Shown: positions 8,186 to 20,406 of the stretch, piece after piece
Position numbering within the stretch: position 1 is the first letter of the stretch
Layout of the letters: every line of letters starts with the position of its first letter
NCBI GenBank assembly: GCA_963662865.1
Contig: OY759969.1
Location: 2,287,742 to 2,351,741 of the forward strand
Origin: Gammaproteobacteria bacterium
GTDB taxonomy: Bacteria > Pseudomonadota > Gammaproteobacteria > JAJDYQ01
Direction: 5' to 3'
DNA length: 64,000 nt
Notes under the pieces: model-generated
What the model was told of the DNA's origin: nothing
Database searches by the model: none
What the model saw: the letters and a program-made list of their open reading frames with translations, nothing else
Made by a program: the position numbers and the translations under genes

Positions 8186-8905
8186 CTATTTTGCATCCGC
8201 GCTTTCGGCCAGTTTGATCTTCCGGAAGCGAGCGACTACCTTGCCCCCGGCATTGTCGGAGTCGGCCATCAGACCGATTCCGTCGATGATCGGGTCGGTT
8301 GCAAAAATCTCGCGCCACCACGCGGCGACATTGATCGCCTGACGATGCCATATACCGTTTTCTGCATCGGCATTGGCGAATGCGCGTATCTGTACCCGGT
8401 GCAGAAAGTTGTTATAGCGTTTATACGGGCTGGGCCATAGTGCGCCAACGGCTTTTTCGCGCGCACGCACCAGATTAAGCGTCCTTGAGCTTAATTTACC
8501 GCCGGCCGACAGGTAAATGCGAAAGGCGAAGTCATCGCCATCCCTGCTATCTTCGGGCGGCCCATTGGTCGGGGACTCATCGACACGCCAATCAAAGATC
8601 AAAAAGGGAGTTGCGCTCAGGTCGAGCGGCGTCTCGAACTTCAGGTAAAAAAACGACGCGCCCCCCATGGCAGTCGCTTGCAGTGCATGCCTGCCTTGAT
8701 CGGGGACGATTTCGTATCGGGTTGGTGCCGGGACCTTGTCGGGGTCAAAAATCGCATAACCCCACTTCCCGCGTGCGATCTCGTCGAGCGATTGTGGGCG
8801 ATCTATCGGCAGATTGGCGATGATTTGCGAATCCAACAGCACTCGCTCGGCAGCACCGAGCGGCAACGACAGCAGTGTAAGAACGAGTGCAATAGAGCTT
8901 TTCAT
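8186..8905 (-). CDS. secreted DUF3047-like protein
   Basis: Signal peptide MKSSIALVLTLLSLPLGAA. The likely start is ATG at 8905 rather than the upstream TTG of the track ORF. Its 5' end is duplicated at 2885..3130. Confidence 0.55.
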   Translation of the reverse strand: MKSSIALVLTLLSLPLGAAERVLLDSQIIANLPIDRPQSLDEIARGKWGYAIFDPDKVPAPTRYEIVPDQGRHALQATAMGGASFFYLKFETPLDLSATPFLIFDWRVDESPTNGPPEDSRDGDDFAFRIYLSAGGKLSSRTLNLVRAREKAVGALWPSPYKRYNNFLHRVQIRAFANADAENGIWHRQAINVAAWWREIFATDPIIDGIGLMADSDNAGGKVVARFRKIKLAESADAK

Positions 8906-8997
8906 CTCTGCATTATAGCTCTTGTCGGCCACGCATATATTGAAGCATGGCTTTATTACCGCTAACGTGTGTCTGAAATATAGCGAGGTCAATTATT

Positions 8998-9810
8998 ATG
9001 CAGGCACAAGAAATTAATCTGGAAGAATATTTTATCCAGGACGAGCCGTATTATGAGCCGGTTGGTAATGAAATCGTTGTTTTTGAGGCTGCCTACAACA
9101 ATGGTTTGCCGATTTTATTAAAAGGACCGACCGGCTGCGGTAAAACCCGTTTCATGGAACACATGGCCTGGAAGCTGGAACGTCCGCTGATTACCGTTTC
9201 CTGCCATGATGACCTGACAGCCTCCGATCTTGTCGGGCGATTTCTGGTAAAGGATGGTGAGACGGTTTGGGTGGATGGGCCACTGGCGCGTGCGGTGCGT
9301 GCCGGGGCGGTCTGTTATCTGGATGAGGTGGTGGAGGCCCGCAAAGACACGACCGTGGTCATTCATCCGCTTGCCGATGATCGCCGGGTGCTGCCGATGG
9401 AGAAGATCGGCCACCTGCTGGAAGCGGGGCCGGAGTTTTGTCTGGCCATGTCATATAATCCCGGTTATCAGAGTGTCCTGAAGGACTTGAAGCAGTCAAC
9501 GCGCCAGCGATTTATCGCTCTCGAATTTGACTATCCCGATGCGAATCTTGAAACCCGCATCGTCGAGAAAGAGGCGGATCTGGATGCGCAAATGGCGGGC
9601 TTGCTGGTCAGATTTGCCGGTATGACGCGCAATCTGAAAGGTAACGGGCTGGATGAAGGCGCCAGCACGCGCCTGTTGGTACATGCGGGCAAGCTGATGG
9701 CGGCCGGCGTGGACCCGGTATCAGCCTGTCAGAGCGCGATAGCCCAGGCGCTTACGGATGATCCGGAAATGCTGGCGGCAGTCAACGAGCTGTCCGCATC
9801 GTTATTCTGA
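8998..9810 (+). CDS. cbbQ: CbbQ/NorQ/NirQ-family AAA+ ATPase (RuBisCO activase subunit-like)
   Basis: [55 protein letters not shown] and [21 protein letters not shown]. Length 270 aa. Near-colinear match to CbbQ. Confidence 0.85.
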   Translation: MQAQEINLEEYFIQDEPYYEPVGNEIVVFEAAYNNGLPILLKGPTGCGKTRFMEHMAWKLERPLITVSCHDDLTASDLVGRFLVKDGETVWVDGPLARAVRAGAVCYLDEVVEARKDTTVVIHPLADDRRVLPMEKIGHLLEAGPEFCLAMSYNPGYQSVLKDLKQSTRQRFIALEFDYPDANLETRIVEKEADLDAQMAGLLVRFAGMTRNLKGNGLDEGASTRLLVHAGKLMAAGVDPVSACQSAIAQALTDDPEMLAAVNELSASLF

Positions 9811-9898
9811 TCCTGCCGTTACGGAAGCGAATCCGCTGATTTGCCCGGATGATCGCCTTTAAGTCATTTTCCCGGTATCCTTCGCACCTTGTTGCTCC

Positions 9899-10507
9899 AT
9901 GGATACTATGACCATGCCTGATAGAGTCGCCAGCGTAAAACGCGACACGCTGGAAACACAAATCGAAGCCTCCCTGAACCTGGACGGAATCGGTGAATCC
10001 GAATTTGAGACCGGCATACCTTTTCTTGACCACATGATGGACCAGATTGCCCGTCATGGCATGATTGATCTGTCTGTGAAAGCCAATGGTGATACCGGGA
10101 TTGATGATCACCACACAGTTGAAGATATTGGCATTACCATCGGCATGGCGTTGAAAAAGGCCCTGGGAGACAAGCAGGGCATCCGTCGCTATGGCCATGC
10201 CTATGTCCCTCTGGATGAAGCCTTATCACGAGTGGTGATGGATTTTTCCGGACGGCCCGGCATGGTATTCTGCGCTGAATTCACGCGCGCCCGTATTGGG
10301 GATTTCGATGTGGATCTGTTCCATGAATTTTTTCAGGGATTGGTCAATCATGCCCTGATTACGTTGCACATTGATTGCATCCGCGGCCAGAACAGCCACC
10401 ATATTGCCGAAACGATTTTCAAGGCATTCGGGCGTGCCCTGCGTATGGCCATCGAACCGGACCCGCGTATGGCCGGGGTGATTCCCTCAACCAAAGGCAC
10501 GCTTTAG
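9899..10507 (+). CDS. hisB: imidazoleglycerol-phosphate dehydratase
   Basis: [19 protein letters not shown] ... [13 protein letters not shown]. 202 aa. Confidence 0.9.
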   Translation: MDTMTMPDRVASVKRDTLETQIEASLNLDGIGESEFETGIPFLDHMMDQIARHGMIDLSVKANGDTGIDDHHTVEDIGITIGMALKKALGDKQGIRRYGHAYVPLDEALSRVVMDFSGRPGMVFCAEFTRARIGDFDVDLFHEFFQGLVNHALITLHIDCIRGQNSHHIAETIFKAFGRALRMAIEPDPRMAGVIPSTKGTL

Positions 10508-10531
10508 TTTCCTGCTTGCAGCTTCATTCTG

Positions 10532-11164
10532 ATGAAAGTGGCAATCATTGATTACGGCATGGGCAATTTGCGCTCGGTGTCCAAGGCGGTACAGCATGTT
10601 GCCAACGGCGCCGATGTGCAGGTCACGGACAGCCATGCGCAAATAAAGGCCGCGGACCGCGTTGTCTTCCCCGGTCAGGGTGCGGCACGCGACTGTATGG
10701 CGGCAATCGGCGATCACCAACTCAATCAGGCGATATTGGACGCCGCAAACAACAAGCCTTTTCTGGGTATCTGCATGGGTCTTGAGGTGTTGATGCGGCA
10801 TAGCCGGGAGAACGATGGTACCGATCTGCTCAATCTGCTGCCGGGTGAAGCAGTACGCTTCCCCCGTGATCTGAATCTGCGCGGCAAAAAACTCAAGGTC
10901 CCGCATATCGGATGGAACAAAGTTTCGCAAACCATGCAACACCCTCTGTGGAACGATATCGAAGACGGTTCACGCTTTTATTATGTCCACAGTTATTACG
11001 TAAAGCTCGAAGACATGTCCATACAGAGCGGAGAAACCGGCTATGGTATTCCTTTTACCTGCGCTATCGCACGGGACAATCTGTTTGCCGTACAGTTTCA
11101 CCCTGAAAAAAGTGCGCGCGCCGGACTCCGATTATTGCAAAACTTTATTGAGTGGGACATTTAG
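10532..11164 (+). CDS. hisH: imidazole glycerol phosphate synthase, glutamine amidotransferase subunit
   Basis: MKVAIIDYGMGNLRSV ... GICMGLEVL ... HPEKS. Confidence 0.9.
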   Translation: MKVAIIDYGMGNLRSVSKAVQHVANGADVQVTDSHAQIKAADRVVFPGQGAARDCMAAIGDHQLNQAILDAANNKPFLGICMGLEVLMRHSRENDGTDLLNLLPGEAVRFPRDLNLRGKKLKVPHIGWNKVSQTMQHPLWNDIEDGSRFYYVHSYYVKLEDMSIQSGETGYGIPFTCAIARDNLFAVQFHPEKSARAGLRLLQNFIEWDI

Positions 11165-11947
11165 ATGCTGCTGATTCCCGCTATTGATCTGAAGGACGGC
11201 AAGTGTGTTCGCCTGCGTCAGGGGCGTATGGATGATGAGACCATATTTGCCGATGACCCGGTTGCGATGGCGGGCAAATGGGTGGATGCGGGCTGCAACC
11301 GCCTGCATCTGATTGACCTCAATGGCGCCTTTGAGGGTAAGCCGGTCAATGCCGATGTGATTAATCGAATCTGCGATGCCTACCCCGATATTCCGATTCA
11401 GGTGGGTGGCGGCATTCGCACGGAAGACACCGTTGCTGCTTATTTGGATGCCGGGGCGCAGTTTGTCATTATCGGCACGCAGGCGATCAAGGCGCCGCGC
11501 TTTATCGCCGATCTGTGTAACAAGTTCCACGACCATATTATTATCGGTCTTGACGCCAAAAACGGGCGGGTCGCGGTGGAGGGTTGGGCGGAGATCACCG
11601 GCGAGCAAGCCATTGATGTTGCCAGGAAATTCGAGGACGCAGGCATCAGCGCCATTATTTATACCGATATTGCCCGTGATGGCATGATGGAAGGCGTCAA
11701 TGTTGAGGCGGTAAAGGCGCTGGCTGAAGCCGTCTCCATCCCTGTTATTGCATCGGGTGGCGTATCCCGGTACGCGGATATCCGCGCACTACAGGCTGTA
11801 TCAGACAGCGGCATCATAGGAGCCGTTATTGGCCGCGCAATATATGAAGGAACCATTGATCTGGTAACAGCGCAGGAAATCATCAACCAACCGCAGAAAG
11901 CTATTGATCCGGCGACAGAGCAAGAAGCTATCATGCCATCACCATGA
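11165..11947 (+). CDS. hisA: 1-(5-phosphoribosyl)-5-[(5-phosphoribosylamino)methylideneamino]imidazole-4-carboxamide isomerase
   Basis: [20 protein letters not shown]. Gene order is hisH-hisA-hisF. Confidence 0.9.
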   Translation: MLLIPAIDLKDGKCVRLRQGRMDDETIFADDPVAMAGKWVDAGCNRLHLIDLNGAFEGKPVNADVINRICDAYPDIPIQVGGGIRTEDTVAAYLDAGAQFVIIGTQAIKAPRFIADLCNKFHDHIIIGLDAKNGRVAVEGWAEITGEQAIDVARKFEDAGISAIIYTDIARDGMMEGVNVEAVKALAEAVSIPVIASGGVSRYADIRALQAVSDSGIIGAVIGRAIYEGTIDLVTAQEIINQPQKAIDPATEQEAIMPSP

Positions 11948-11962
11948 ATCGGAAGGCAGAAT

Positions 11963-12751
11963 ATGTCTGCGGCGGTTTCCATGCTGGCTAAACGCATTAT
12001 CCCCTGCCTGGATATTGACGCCGGTCGTGTCGTCAAGGGCGTCCGGTTTGTTGATATACGTGATGCGGGTGACCCGGTTGAAGCCGCGCGCCGCTACGAC
12101 GAGCAGGGCGCGGATGAAATTACCTTTCTTGATATCACGGCCACATCCGATGCCCGCGATACTATGGCGCGTGTTGTCGAGGAAGTTGCCGCGCAGGTCT
12201 TTATCCCGCTCACGGTCGGCGGAGGTATCCGCACGGTTGATGATATTCGGCGCCTGCTCAATGCGGGCGCCGACAAGGTAGGTATCAATTCCGCTGCTGT
12301 GAAACGGCCCGAATTCGTCAAAGAAGCCGCCGACAGGGTCGGTTCGCAATGTATCGTATTATCTATCGACGCCAGGCGCGTAAACACCGATGATAAAACG
12401 CCACGTTGGGAAATTTTTACCCATGGCGGCCGTCAGGGTACAGGGATTGATGCCGTGGAATGGGCCATTCGTATGACAGAGTACGGCGCCGGTGAAATCC
12501 TGCTGACCAGCATGGACCGTGATGGCACCCGTGATGGCTTTGATCTGGAGCTAACGCGCACCGTCTGCGACGCGGTTGATGTCCCTGTTATCGCCTCCGG
12601 AGGCGTCGGCAGCCTGGACCACCTCGTGGCCGGAGTGACTGAAGGCGGGGCCGACGCAGTGCTGGCCGCCAGTATTTTCCATTTCAGCGACTACACCGTG
12701 CGACAGGCAAAGGAGTATATGGCCGGTAAGGGCATAGAAGTCAGGTTATAA
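11963..12751 (+). CDS. hisF: imidazole glycerol phosphate synthase, cyclase subunit
   Basis: [22 protein letters not shown] ... [10 protein letters not shown]. Confidence 0.9.
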   Translation: MSAAVSMLAKRIIPCLDIDAGRVVKGVRFVDIRDAGDPVEAARRYDEQGADEITFLDITATSDARDTMARVVEEVAAQVFIPLTVGGGIRTVDDIRRLLNAGADKVGINSAAVKRPEFVKEAADRVGSQCIVLSIDARRVNTDDKTPRWEIFTHGGRQGTGIDAVEWAIRMTEYGAGEILLTSMDRDGTRDGFDLELTRTVCDAVDVPVIASGGVGSLDHLVAGVTEGGADAVLAASIFHFSDYTVRQAKEYMAGKGIEVRL

Positions 12752-12753
12752 AA

Positions 12754-13071
12754 ATGGACGATACTCTGCAAAAACTCGCCGGAATTTTGCAATCGCGCAA
12801 GGCCGAAGACCCGGAGAAATCCTATGTCGCCGGCCTTTATGTAAAAGGTATGGATAAAATCCTGCAGAAGGTTGGTGAAGAGGCCACTGAGCTTATTATT
12901 GCCGCGAAAGATAACGACAGAGACCAGATTATCCACGAAACCGCTGACCTGTGGTTTCATACCCTGGTCATGCTGGTTCAGGCCGGCCTCGGTCCAGACG
13001 ATGTTCTAAAGGAGCTGGAACATCGTTTGGGCACTTCAGGGCATGACGAAAAAGCCTCAAGAAATCAATAG
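12754..13071 (+). CDS. hisE: phosphoribosyl-ATP pyrophosphatase
   Basis: 105 aa. [26 protein letters not shown]. Confidence 0.85.
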   Translation: MDDTLQKLAGILQSRKAEDPEKSYVAGLYVKGMDKILQKVGEEATELIIAAKDNDRDQIIHETADLWFHTLVMLVQAGLGPDDVLKELEHRLGTSGHDEKASRNQ

Positions 13072-13166
13072 CCTGCGCTGGCCTTGCCCCGAATCCCTTA
13101 TCCGGCATCGCCTCCGGCGTTTGCCTGAAATGGAGCGACACGAAAACCGGCTATTTCCCGCGTATT

Positions 13167-13817
<651 letters not shown>

Positions 13818-13942
13818 TTAACAGATTGATTCACCCGGCACCGACTTAGGCGGTCGTTCCTGGTTTACCCCATAGAGGCTTGTTGTCGCCACCGGCTGAG
13901 AGTATCTTTGCGGTAGTTGGGATACAGTAACGTGGACGAAAA

Positions 13943-14917
13943 ATGTCACGCATAGAGAGCATCTGTGTATTAGGGGGAACCGGGTTTGTCGGCCATGCCG
14001 TTGTTCAGCAGTTGGTGACAACCGGTCGTAAAGTCATTGTCTTGAGCCGTCGCCCGGAACGGGCCCGTGATCTTTTGCCTAATCCCGGTGTTCGCCTCAT
14101 CAAGGCCGATATTCATCAGCAGAAAGTCCTGGAAAGATATTTCCAGGGCATGGATGCGGTAATCAACCTTGTCGGTATTCTCAATGAATTTCGCCATCAG
14201 TCTTTTCGTGATGCCCATGTCAAACTGCCCGGAAGTGTCATGCGTGCTTGCTGGAAGGCCGATGTTCCGCGCCTTTTGCATATGAGCGCACTAGGGGCGG
14301 ACGCGGGTACCGGCAAAAGTGAATACCTGCGTACCAAGGGCGAAGCCGAGCAATTGCTGTATATTGATTCCGGCGATGACCTGCACGTTACCCGTTTTCG
14401 CCCATCGGTTATCTTCGGGCAAAACGATCAGTTTTTTAATCGCTTTGCCCGGCTATTGCGCTATACACCCTGGCTGTTTCCGCTGGCCTGCGGCAATGCA
14501 TCACTGGCGCCAGTGTATGTCGAAGATGTCGCCCGCGCATTTGTCACCTCTCTGGAAGACTCCGGCACGTACAATCAACGCTATGATCTGTGTGGCCCAA
14601 GTGAGTACTCACTGCGCGAACTGGTAGAATACACGGCGCAATTGCTCGGTCTCAGGCGCAGGGTAATCCCATTACCGGAGCGTGTTGCCATGTTGCAGGC
14701 GTTTTTCCTGGAAATGGTTCCGGGCAAACCTTTCAGCCTGGATAATTTCTACTCCCTGAAAACTGCCAGCCGCTGTGAAAACGATGGACTGCAATGTCTG
14801 GGTATTCAAGCCACACCACTTGAGGCAGTTGTGCCTCAGTATATGTTGGGGAAAACGCATTGTTCGCGCTACGACCGATTTCGCAGATATGCCGGACATG
14901 GTAAAGACAACGCTTAA
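13943..14917 (+). CDS. NAD(P)-binding epimerase/dehydratase-family protein (complex-I NDUFA9-like)
   Basis: ICVLGGTGFVGHAVVQQLV N-terminal Rossmann motif. 324 aa. Confidence 0.6.
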   Translation: MSRIESICVLGGTGFVGHAVVQQLVTTGRKVIVLSRRPERARDLLPNPGVRLIKADIHQQKVLERYFQGMDAVINLVGILNEFRHQSFRDAHVKLPGSVMRACWKADVPRLLHMSALGADAGTGKSEYLRTKGEAEQLLYIDSGDDLHVTRFRPSVIFGQNDQFFNRFARLLRYTPWLFPLACGNASLAPVYVEDVARAFVTSLEDSGTYNQRYDLCGPSEYSLRELVEYTAQLLGLRRRVIPLPERVAMLQAFFLEMVPGKPFSLDNFYSLKTASRCENDGLQCLGIQATPLEAVVPQYMLGKTHCSRYDRFRRYAGHGKDNA

Positions 14918-14931
14918 CGAGGCCCTCTGAC

Positions 14932-16158
14932 TTGATACAGGCCTACCTTGTCGGCGGAGCGGTCCGTGATTCACTGCTGGGTCGAACTGTCAGTGAAAAG
15001 GACTGGGTTGTCGTTGATGCTACACCTGAAGAAATGATCAATGCCAGCTTCAAGCCGGTCGGCAGGGATTTCCCGGTATTCCTGCACCCTGAAACCCATG
15101 AGGAATACGCATTGGCCCGTATTGAGCGAAAAACTGCGCCCGGCTACCATGGTTTCAGCTTTCATGCCGCCCCCGACGTCACGTTGGAAGAAGACCTCAA
15201 GCGCCGCGACCTGACCATTAACGCCATCGCGCAAAGTGACGATGGTCAATTAATTGACCCTTATGGTGGGGTTGCAGATATTGAAAAGCGAGTGCTGCGG
15301 CACGTCTCTGATGCCTTTGCCGAGGACCCCGTTAGAATTCTGCGAGTCGCCCGCTTTGCTGCACGCTTTCACAGACACGGCTTTACCATCGCCGATAAAA
15401 CCCAGCATCTGATGAGCCAAATGACGGACCAGGGAGAAGCGGATGCGCTGGTGCCTGAGCGTGTCTGGGCGGAAACCCGCAAGGCCCTGTCCGAAGACAA
15501 GCCCTCCGTATATTTTGAGGTTTTACGGGCCTGCGGTGCCCTCCAGAGACTATTTCCGGAGCTGGAGCGTTTATGGGGCGTCCCGCAACCCGGATACTGG
15601 CACCCCGAAATAAATACCGGTGTGCACGTGATGATGGCGCTGGATATGGCCGCCCGTTTAACCGGAGATGTTCAAGTGCGCTTTGCCGTTCTGACACATG
15701 ATCTGGGCAAAGGCGCAACCTCGACGGACATCCTCCCCTCCCATCGTGGCCATGAGCAACGCAGCGTTGAGCTGACCAGAAAAATGTGCAGTCGTTACAG
15801 GATACCCAGGCAATACCGCGATCTGGCCCTGGTGGCTGCGAAGTATCATGGCCATTTTCACCGGGTCGCCGAAATGAAGTCATCAACCATTCTAAAAGTC
15901 CTGCACGGTATTGACGCATTTCGGAAACCGGCGCGTTTCCGCCAATACGTGCTGGCCTGTGAAGCCGATTCACGGGGTAGAACCGGGTTCGAGGAGACTA
16001 TTCCACAACAGGCAGAGCAGATACAGGCATGCTATGAGGCCGCCACCTCGGTGGATATCCCGACAATTATCCGGGGACTCAAGGGGGAACAGGCAAAAAT
16101 TGCTATTGATAATGCTCGTATTGCGGCAATTGACAAACTGGGGTTGCGGCAGAGCTGA
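14932..16158 (+). CDS. cca: multifunctional CCA tRNA nucleotidyltransferase with HD domain
   Basis: [22 protein letters not shown] and an HD segment THDLGKG. 408 aa. Probably a TTG start. Confidence 0.85.
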   Translation: MIQAYLVGGAVRDSLLGRTVSEKDWVVVDATPEEMINASFKPVGRDFPVFLHPETHEEYALARIERKTAPGYHGFSFHAAPDVTLEEDLKRRDLTINAIAQSDDGQLIDPYGGVADIEKRVLRHVSDAFAEDPVRILRVARFAARFHRHGFTIADKTQHLMSQMTDQGEADALVPERVWAETRKALSEDKPSVYFEVLRACGALQRLFPELERLWGVPQPGYWHPEINTGVHVMMALDMAARLTGDVQVRFAVLTHDLGKGATSTDILPSHRGHEQRSVELTRKMCSRYRIPRQYRDLALVAAKYHGHFHRVAEMKSSTILKVLHGIDAFRKPARFRQYVLACEADSRGRTGFEETIPQQAEQIQACYEAATSVDIPTIIRGLKGEQAKIAIDNARIAAIDKLGLRQS

Positions 16159-16235
16159 TTTATATTATTCCGTCCAACACGTCCCGGGGAGTTCTGATAA
16201 AATGGGCGTATTCGCATCAATCAAAGGAATACACC

Positions 16236-16619
16236 ATGCCAACCATTATTGCCACAGACAAGGCACCCCAGGCCATTGGCACTTACTCTCAGGCCGTAAA
16301 AGCCGGTAATACCGTCTATATTTCCGGGCAGATTCCACTGGTACCTGAAACCATGCAGCCGGTTGCAGGCGATATGGAAGCCAGTATCCGTCGCGTGTTT
16401 GAAAGTCTCAAGGCCATCTGCGAGCAAGCAGGCGGTTCCCTGACCAATATCGTTAAGCTGAATATTTTCCTGACGGATCTCGGCAATTTCGCATTGGTAA
16501 ACGAGGTCATGGCGACCTACTTTGAACAGCCTTACCCAGCGCGGGCGGCAGTGGAAGTGGCTGCACTTCCCAAAGGCGTCGAAGTCGAAATGGATGCTGT
16601 CATGGTTATTGATGGTTGA
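16236..16619 (+). CDS. ridA: RidA-family reactive enamine/imine deaminase
   Basis: [25 protein letters not shown] ... [19 protein letters not shown]. Confidence 0.85.
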   Translation: MPTIIATDKAPQAIGTYSQAVKAGNTVYISGQIPLVPETMQPVAGDMEASIRRVFESLKAICEQAGGSLTNIVKLNIFLTDLGNFALVNEVMATYFEQPYPARAAVEVAALPKGVEVEMDAVMVIDG

Positions 16620-16682
16620 TCTGTATCCCAACCATCAGGTCACAGCCCCCCGCTGCTCGCCTCTTATATGGTGAATGTGTAA

Positions 16683-18770
16683 TTGGGTCCCTCGACAGAT
16701 CTGAAATTCCCTGTTACCGCATTGCGCGGTGTTGGCAGTCGGATTGCTGAAAAGCTACAGGACCTGGGCATTGAAACTATCCAGGACCTGTTATTTCATT
16801 TGCCCTCGCGTTACGAGGATCGTACGCGCATCGTACCTCTGGACAGTCTACGGCATGGCCACCGGGTGGCAATAGAAGGCCGAATTGAATCCACCGAGAT
16901 CGTCTATCGGCGTCGACGTATGATGCTTTGTCGCCTCTTTGATGGGACAGGTTCCATTACACTGCGCTTCTTTCACTTCAGCCAGCAACAGAAGAAGGGT
17001 CTGTCACGTGGTACGCGACTGCACTGTTACGGTGAGGTGCGCAGTGGTTTTGATGGGTTCGAGATGGTACACCCGGAATACCAGCGGTTGATTGACGGCG
17101 AGATTCAGCAGATGGAAGAATCGCTGACCGCAATCTACCCCGCTACAGAGGGTGTCCACCAGCTAACGCTGCGCAGATTGATAGATCAGGCGCTGGCCTT
17201 GATCGATAAAAATACCGCCGTTGAGGAATTAATACCTGCCGGACTGTATCACGATGACAGCGGCCTTACCCTGGCAGAGGCGCTGCAATACCTGCACCGA
17301 CCACCGCCGGATGCCCCCCAGGAATTAATGAAAGACCGATGTCACCCTTGCCAGAGGCGGCTCGCCTTCGAGGAACTGTTGGCACATAATGTCAGTCTGC
17401 GCCTCATGCGAAAACGCATACAGCGACATGTTGCTCCGGCCATGGGTGACGGTATGAACCTGTATAAAAAACTGCTGTCGCGGCTGGATTTTGAGCTGAC
17501 CGGTGCTCAAACTCGGGTGATCTCGGAAATTATCGAGGATCTGAAGCGGGCGCACCCCATGATGCGTCTGGTACAGGGCGATGTCGGCTCCGGCAAAACG
17601 GTCGTCGCGGCCATTGCCGCACTACAGACCATCGAGAGTGGATATCAGGTCGCACTCATGGCCCCAACCGAAATATTGGCCGAGCAACATTTCCGCAACA
17701 TGGACAACTGGTTCACGCCACTCGATATCGAGCTGGCCTGGTTATCCGGAAAACAAAAAGGCAAGGCCCGCCAGCAGGCCCTGTACAAAGTCGAAAGTGG
17801 CGAAGCCAGGCTGATCGTGGGAACCCATGCCCTGTTCCAGGAAGAGGTGATATTCAGCAAACTGGGATTGATGATTGTCGATGAACAACATCGCTTTGGT
17901 GTACACCAGCGATTAAAGCTGATGGAAAAAGGCGCACAGGATGACGCACGGCCGCATCAAATGATTATGACCGCCACGCCAATACCGCGAACCCTGGCGA
18001 TGACCGCCTATGCCGATCTCGATACCTCAATTATTGATGAGATGCCGCCCGGGCGACAACCGGTAATGACTGCGATTATTGCCGAAGAGCGGCGCAATGA
18101 AATTATTGAACGCGTTAAGCAGGCCTGTGTACAGGGCCGCCAGACCTATTGGGTCTGTCCGTTAGTCGAGGAATCCGAAGCGCTACAGGCGCAGGCCGCC
18201 ACAGAAACCGAAGCCACACTGAAAGAACAGCTGCCGGATCTGAAAATCCGGCTCATACACGGTCGCTTAAAAACAATGGAAAAAGAACAAATCATGCAAA
18301 GCTTCAAGGCCGGAGATATTGATTTACTGGTTGCGACGACGGTCATTGAAGTCGGTGTCGATGTGCCCAATGCCTCATTAATGATCATCGAAAATGCCGA
18401 ACGCCTCGGACTTTCCCAACTCCACCAGCTACGCGGACGTGTTGGACGAGGCAGCGAAAAAAGCTCCTGTGTATTGATGTATAAATCACCATTAGGGGTT
18501 ATCGCCAAAGAAAGGCTGTCCATTATGCGAAAGACCAGTGACGGCTTTGAAATCGCCAGACGGGACCTGGAAATACGTGGCCCCGGCGAAGTGCTCGGCA
18601 CACGCCAGACGGGTGTGCTTGATCTCAGAATCGCCGACTTGATACGTGACCAGGAAATGATGCCAATGGTAGTGAATGCCTCGAAAGCTGTATTTGATAA
18701 ACATCCGGAAATGATTGAACCGTTATTGCATCGGTGGCTGAAACAGGGGTTACAATTTGCCGGAGTATAA
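16683..18770 (+). CDS. recG: ATP-dependent DNA helicase RecG
   Basis: LPSRYEDRT wedge region. Helicase motifs GDVGSGKT and DEQHRFGV. 695 aa. TTG start. Confidence 0.9.
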   Translation: MGPSTDLKFPVTALRGVGSRIAEKLQDLGIETIQDLLFHLPSRYEDRTRIVPLDSLRHGHRVAIEGRIESTEIVYRRRRMMLCRLFDGTGSITLRFFHFSQQQKKGLSRGTRLHCYGEVRSGFDGFEMVHPEYQRLIDGEIQQMEESLTAIYPATEGVHQLTLRRLIDQALALIDKNTAVEELIPAGLYHDDSGLTLAEALQYLHRPPPDAPQELMKDRCHPCQRRLAFEELLAHNVSLRLMRKRIQRHVAPAMGDGMNLYKKLLSRLDFELTGAQTRVISEIIEDLKRAHPMMRLVQGDVGSGKTVVAAIAALQTIESGYQVALMAPTEILAEQHFRNMDNWFTPLDIELAWLSGKQKGKARQQALYKVESGEARLIVGTHALFQEEVIFSKLGLMIVDEQHRFGVHQRLKLMEKGAQDDARPHQMIMTATPIPRTLAMTAYADLDTSIIDEMPPGRQPVMTAIIAEERRNEIIERVKQACVQGRQTYWVCPLVEESEALQAQAATETEATLKEQLPDLKIRLIHGRLKTMEKEQIMQSFKAGDIDLLVATTVIEVGVDVPNASLMIIENAERLGLSQLHQLRGRVGRGSEKSSCVLMYKSPLGVIAKERLSIMRKTSDGFEIARRDLEIRGPGEVLGTRQTGVLDLRIADLIRDQEMMPMVVNASKAVFDKHPEMIEPLLHRWLKQGLQFAGV

Positions 18771-18813
18771 AATTCACGGGCCCGCGATCTGAGCCCTATA
18801 TTCTGCCCTGACG

Positions 18814-19800
18814 TTAATCATCGCGCCCACAGACACCGACGCTATCCGGCAGCCTCAAGGCCCCGGTCAAATCACCAATAGACCCAATCTCCATGCCATC
18901 CATATACTCGACCAGACCGTTGTTGATCCGCTTACAGACGATGGGGTCATAGAACAGGGCAGTACCAACCCCAATTGTGGTTGCGCCGGCCAGTAAAAAT
19001 TCCACGGCATCATTCGCCGAGGCGATGCCGCCCTGGCCAATAATCGGAATATTGTGTTTCTTTGCTACCTGATAAACCTCATGCACCTTGAGTAACGCAA
19101 TTGGTTTTATAGCCGGGCCGGAGAGTCCCCCCTGCACACTGCCGATAATCGGTACCCGGTTCTCAATATCAACAGCCATTCCAACCAGAGTATTAATAAC
19201 AGCAAGGCCATCGGTGCCGGCATCAATACAGCGTCGGGCATTTTCAGCAATATCGGTCTGATTTGGGGACAGCTTGGTAATGATTGGTTTACTGGTAACG
19301 GCCCGGCAGGCCCCGACCACCCTTGCCGACATGTCCGGGTCATTTCCAAATGCCGCACCGCCCTGTTTGACATTCGGGCAGGAAATATTGATCTCAATGG
19401 CATCTACGGGGGAGCCATCAAATCTGTGCACGACATCGACGTATTCCGCTACAGTCGAACCCGAGGCATTGGCGAAGAATCTGGTTTCTTCGAAATCCAG
19501 CGTCGGCAGGATATCGTCGATAACGGCATCAACTCCGGGATTTTGCAGGCCAATGGCGTTGATCACGCCCGCCGGAACCTCAGCCAGACGATGCGGAGGA
19601 TTCCCCAGACGCGCCGTTCCCGTCGTTCCCTTCAGGCAGACTGCGCCGACATCACGATTACTGAATCCTTCTATACGTGTGTACTCCTCGCCGAACCCGA
19701 CACAGCCGGAAAGCAGTACAATAGGACTACCCAGCTCAATACCACAAAAGGATACCTTTAATCGCGAGTCTAGCTCATGCTGCATGTTGTGCTCTATCAA
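18814..19800 (-). CDS. dihydroorotate dehydrogenase-family (class 1 PyrD / PreA-like) flavoprotein
   Basis: [14 protein letters not shown] and [30 protein letters not shown]. Confidence 0.65.
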   Translation of the reverse strand: MIEHNMQHELDSRLKVSFCGIELGSPIVLLSGCVGFGEEYTRIEGFSNRDVGAVCLKGTTGTARLGNPPHRLAEVPAGVINAIGLQNPGVDAVIDDILPTLDFEETRFFANASGSTVAEYVDVVHRFDGSPVDAIEINISCPNVKQGGAAFGNDPDMSARVVGACRAVTSKPIITKLSPNQTDIAENARRCIDAGTDGLAVINTLVGMAVDIENRVPIIGSVQGGLSGPAIKPIALLKVHEVYQVAKKHNIPIIGQGGIASANDAVEFLLAGATTIGVGTALFYDPIVCKRINNGLVEYMDGMEIGSIGDLTGALRLPDSVGVCGRDD

Positions 19801-20238
19801 CCGGAAATCCCCCCGAATACAGGCAACATTATACGGTTATGCGCCAATACAGGCGCGACCTTACACCTGATTCATCCACTTGGTTTTTCCCTTGAGGGGA
19901 AAAAACTGCGACGGGCTGGCCTGGACTACCATGAATGGTGCGATGTACAGGAATACCTCAACTGGCAGGAATTTCTAATAACGGCGAAGCCATCACGGTT
20001 ATTGGCCTTTTCAACCAAAGGGGAGAAAGTCTATTCGGAACATCGCTTTGCGGAAGGCGATGCCCTGATATTCGGTCCCGAAACTCGTGGATTACCGGCA
20101 GAAATTCTGGAATCTTTACCGGCAAACCGGCGTCTGCGCCTGCCGATGCTGGCGCACAGCCGCAGCCTGAATCTCTCTAACACGGTCGCGGTGGCGCTTT
20201 ATGAAGCCTGGCGCCAACTGGGTTTCGCTGCCGATTAG
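19777..20238 (+). CDS. trmL: tRNA (cytidine/uridine-2'-O)-methyltransferase TrmL (SpoU family)
   Basis: [32 protein letters not shown]. Confidence 0.85.
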   Translation: MLHVVLYQPEIPPNTGNIIRLCANTGATLHLIHPLGFSLEGKKLRRAGLDYHEWCDVQEYLNWQEFLITAKPSRLLAFSTKGEKVYSEHRFAEGDALIFGPETRGLPAEILESLPANRRLRLPMLAHSRSLNLSNTVAVALYEAWRQLGFAAD

Positions 20239-20367
20239 ATTAGCAACAGTTTAATGGAACTTAGTCCGGATCCTGGACTCAAACTCCCTACGACGCTTTG
20301 ACCATGAGCGTTTTCCCGCGTTCCTCCCTGAGCGGGACCCGGCACATACCCCCGCCGGGCTTTATTT

Positions 20368-20406
20368 GCCCTGATATTTTCTCAAATATCGGGGCACTTC
20401 TTTTTT
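20368..20406 (+). terminator. rho-independent terminator-like hairpin followed by a T-run
   Basis: GCCCTGATATTT-tctc-AAATATCGGGGC followed by ACTTCTTTTTT. Confidence 0.5.

Noticed and set aside
8485-8965. ORFs 8485..8823 and 8678..8965 on the plus strand (ALIGDDFVSG…)
   Set aside because: Antisense to the DUF3047 gene. They are only useful for explaining why the intI-fragment ORF tail reads ALIGDDFVSG, since it runs antisense through the duplicated copy.
9899-10507. Possibility that hisB is bifunctional (phosphatase plus dehydratase)
   Set aside because: Only the IGPD domain (202 aa) is present, as in many non-enteric bacteria, so this is not an anomaly.
11376-12387. Multiple 70-130-aa ORFs on both strands inside hisA/hisF
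   Set aside because: These are antisense or off-frame ORFs typical of GC-rich coding DNA. They overlap well-supported his genes and have no motifs.
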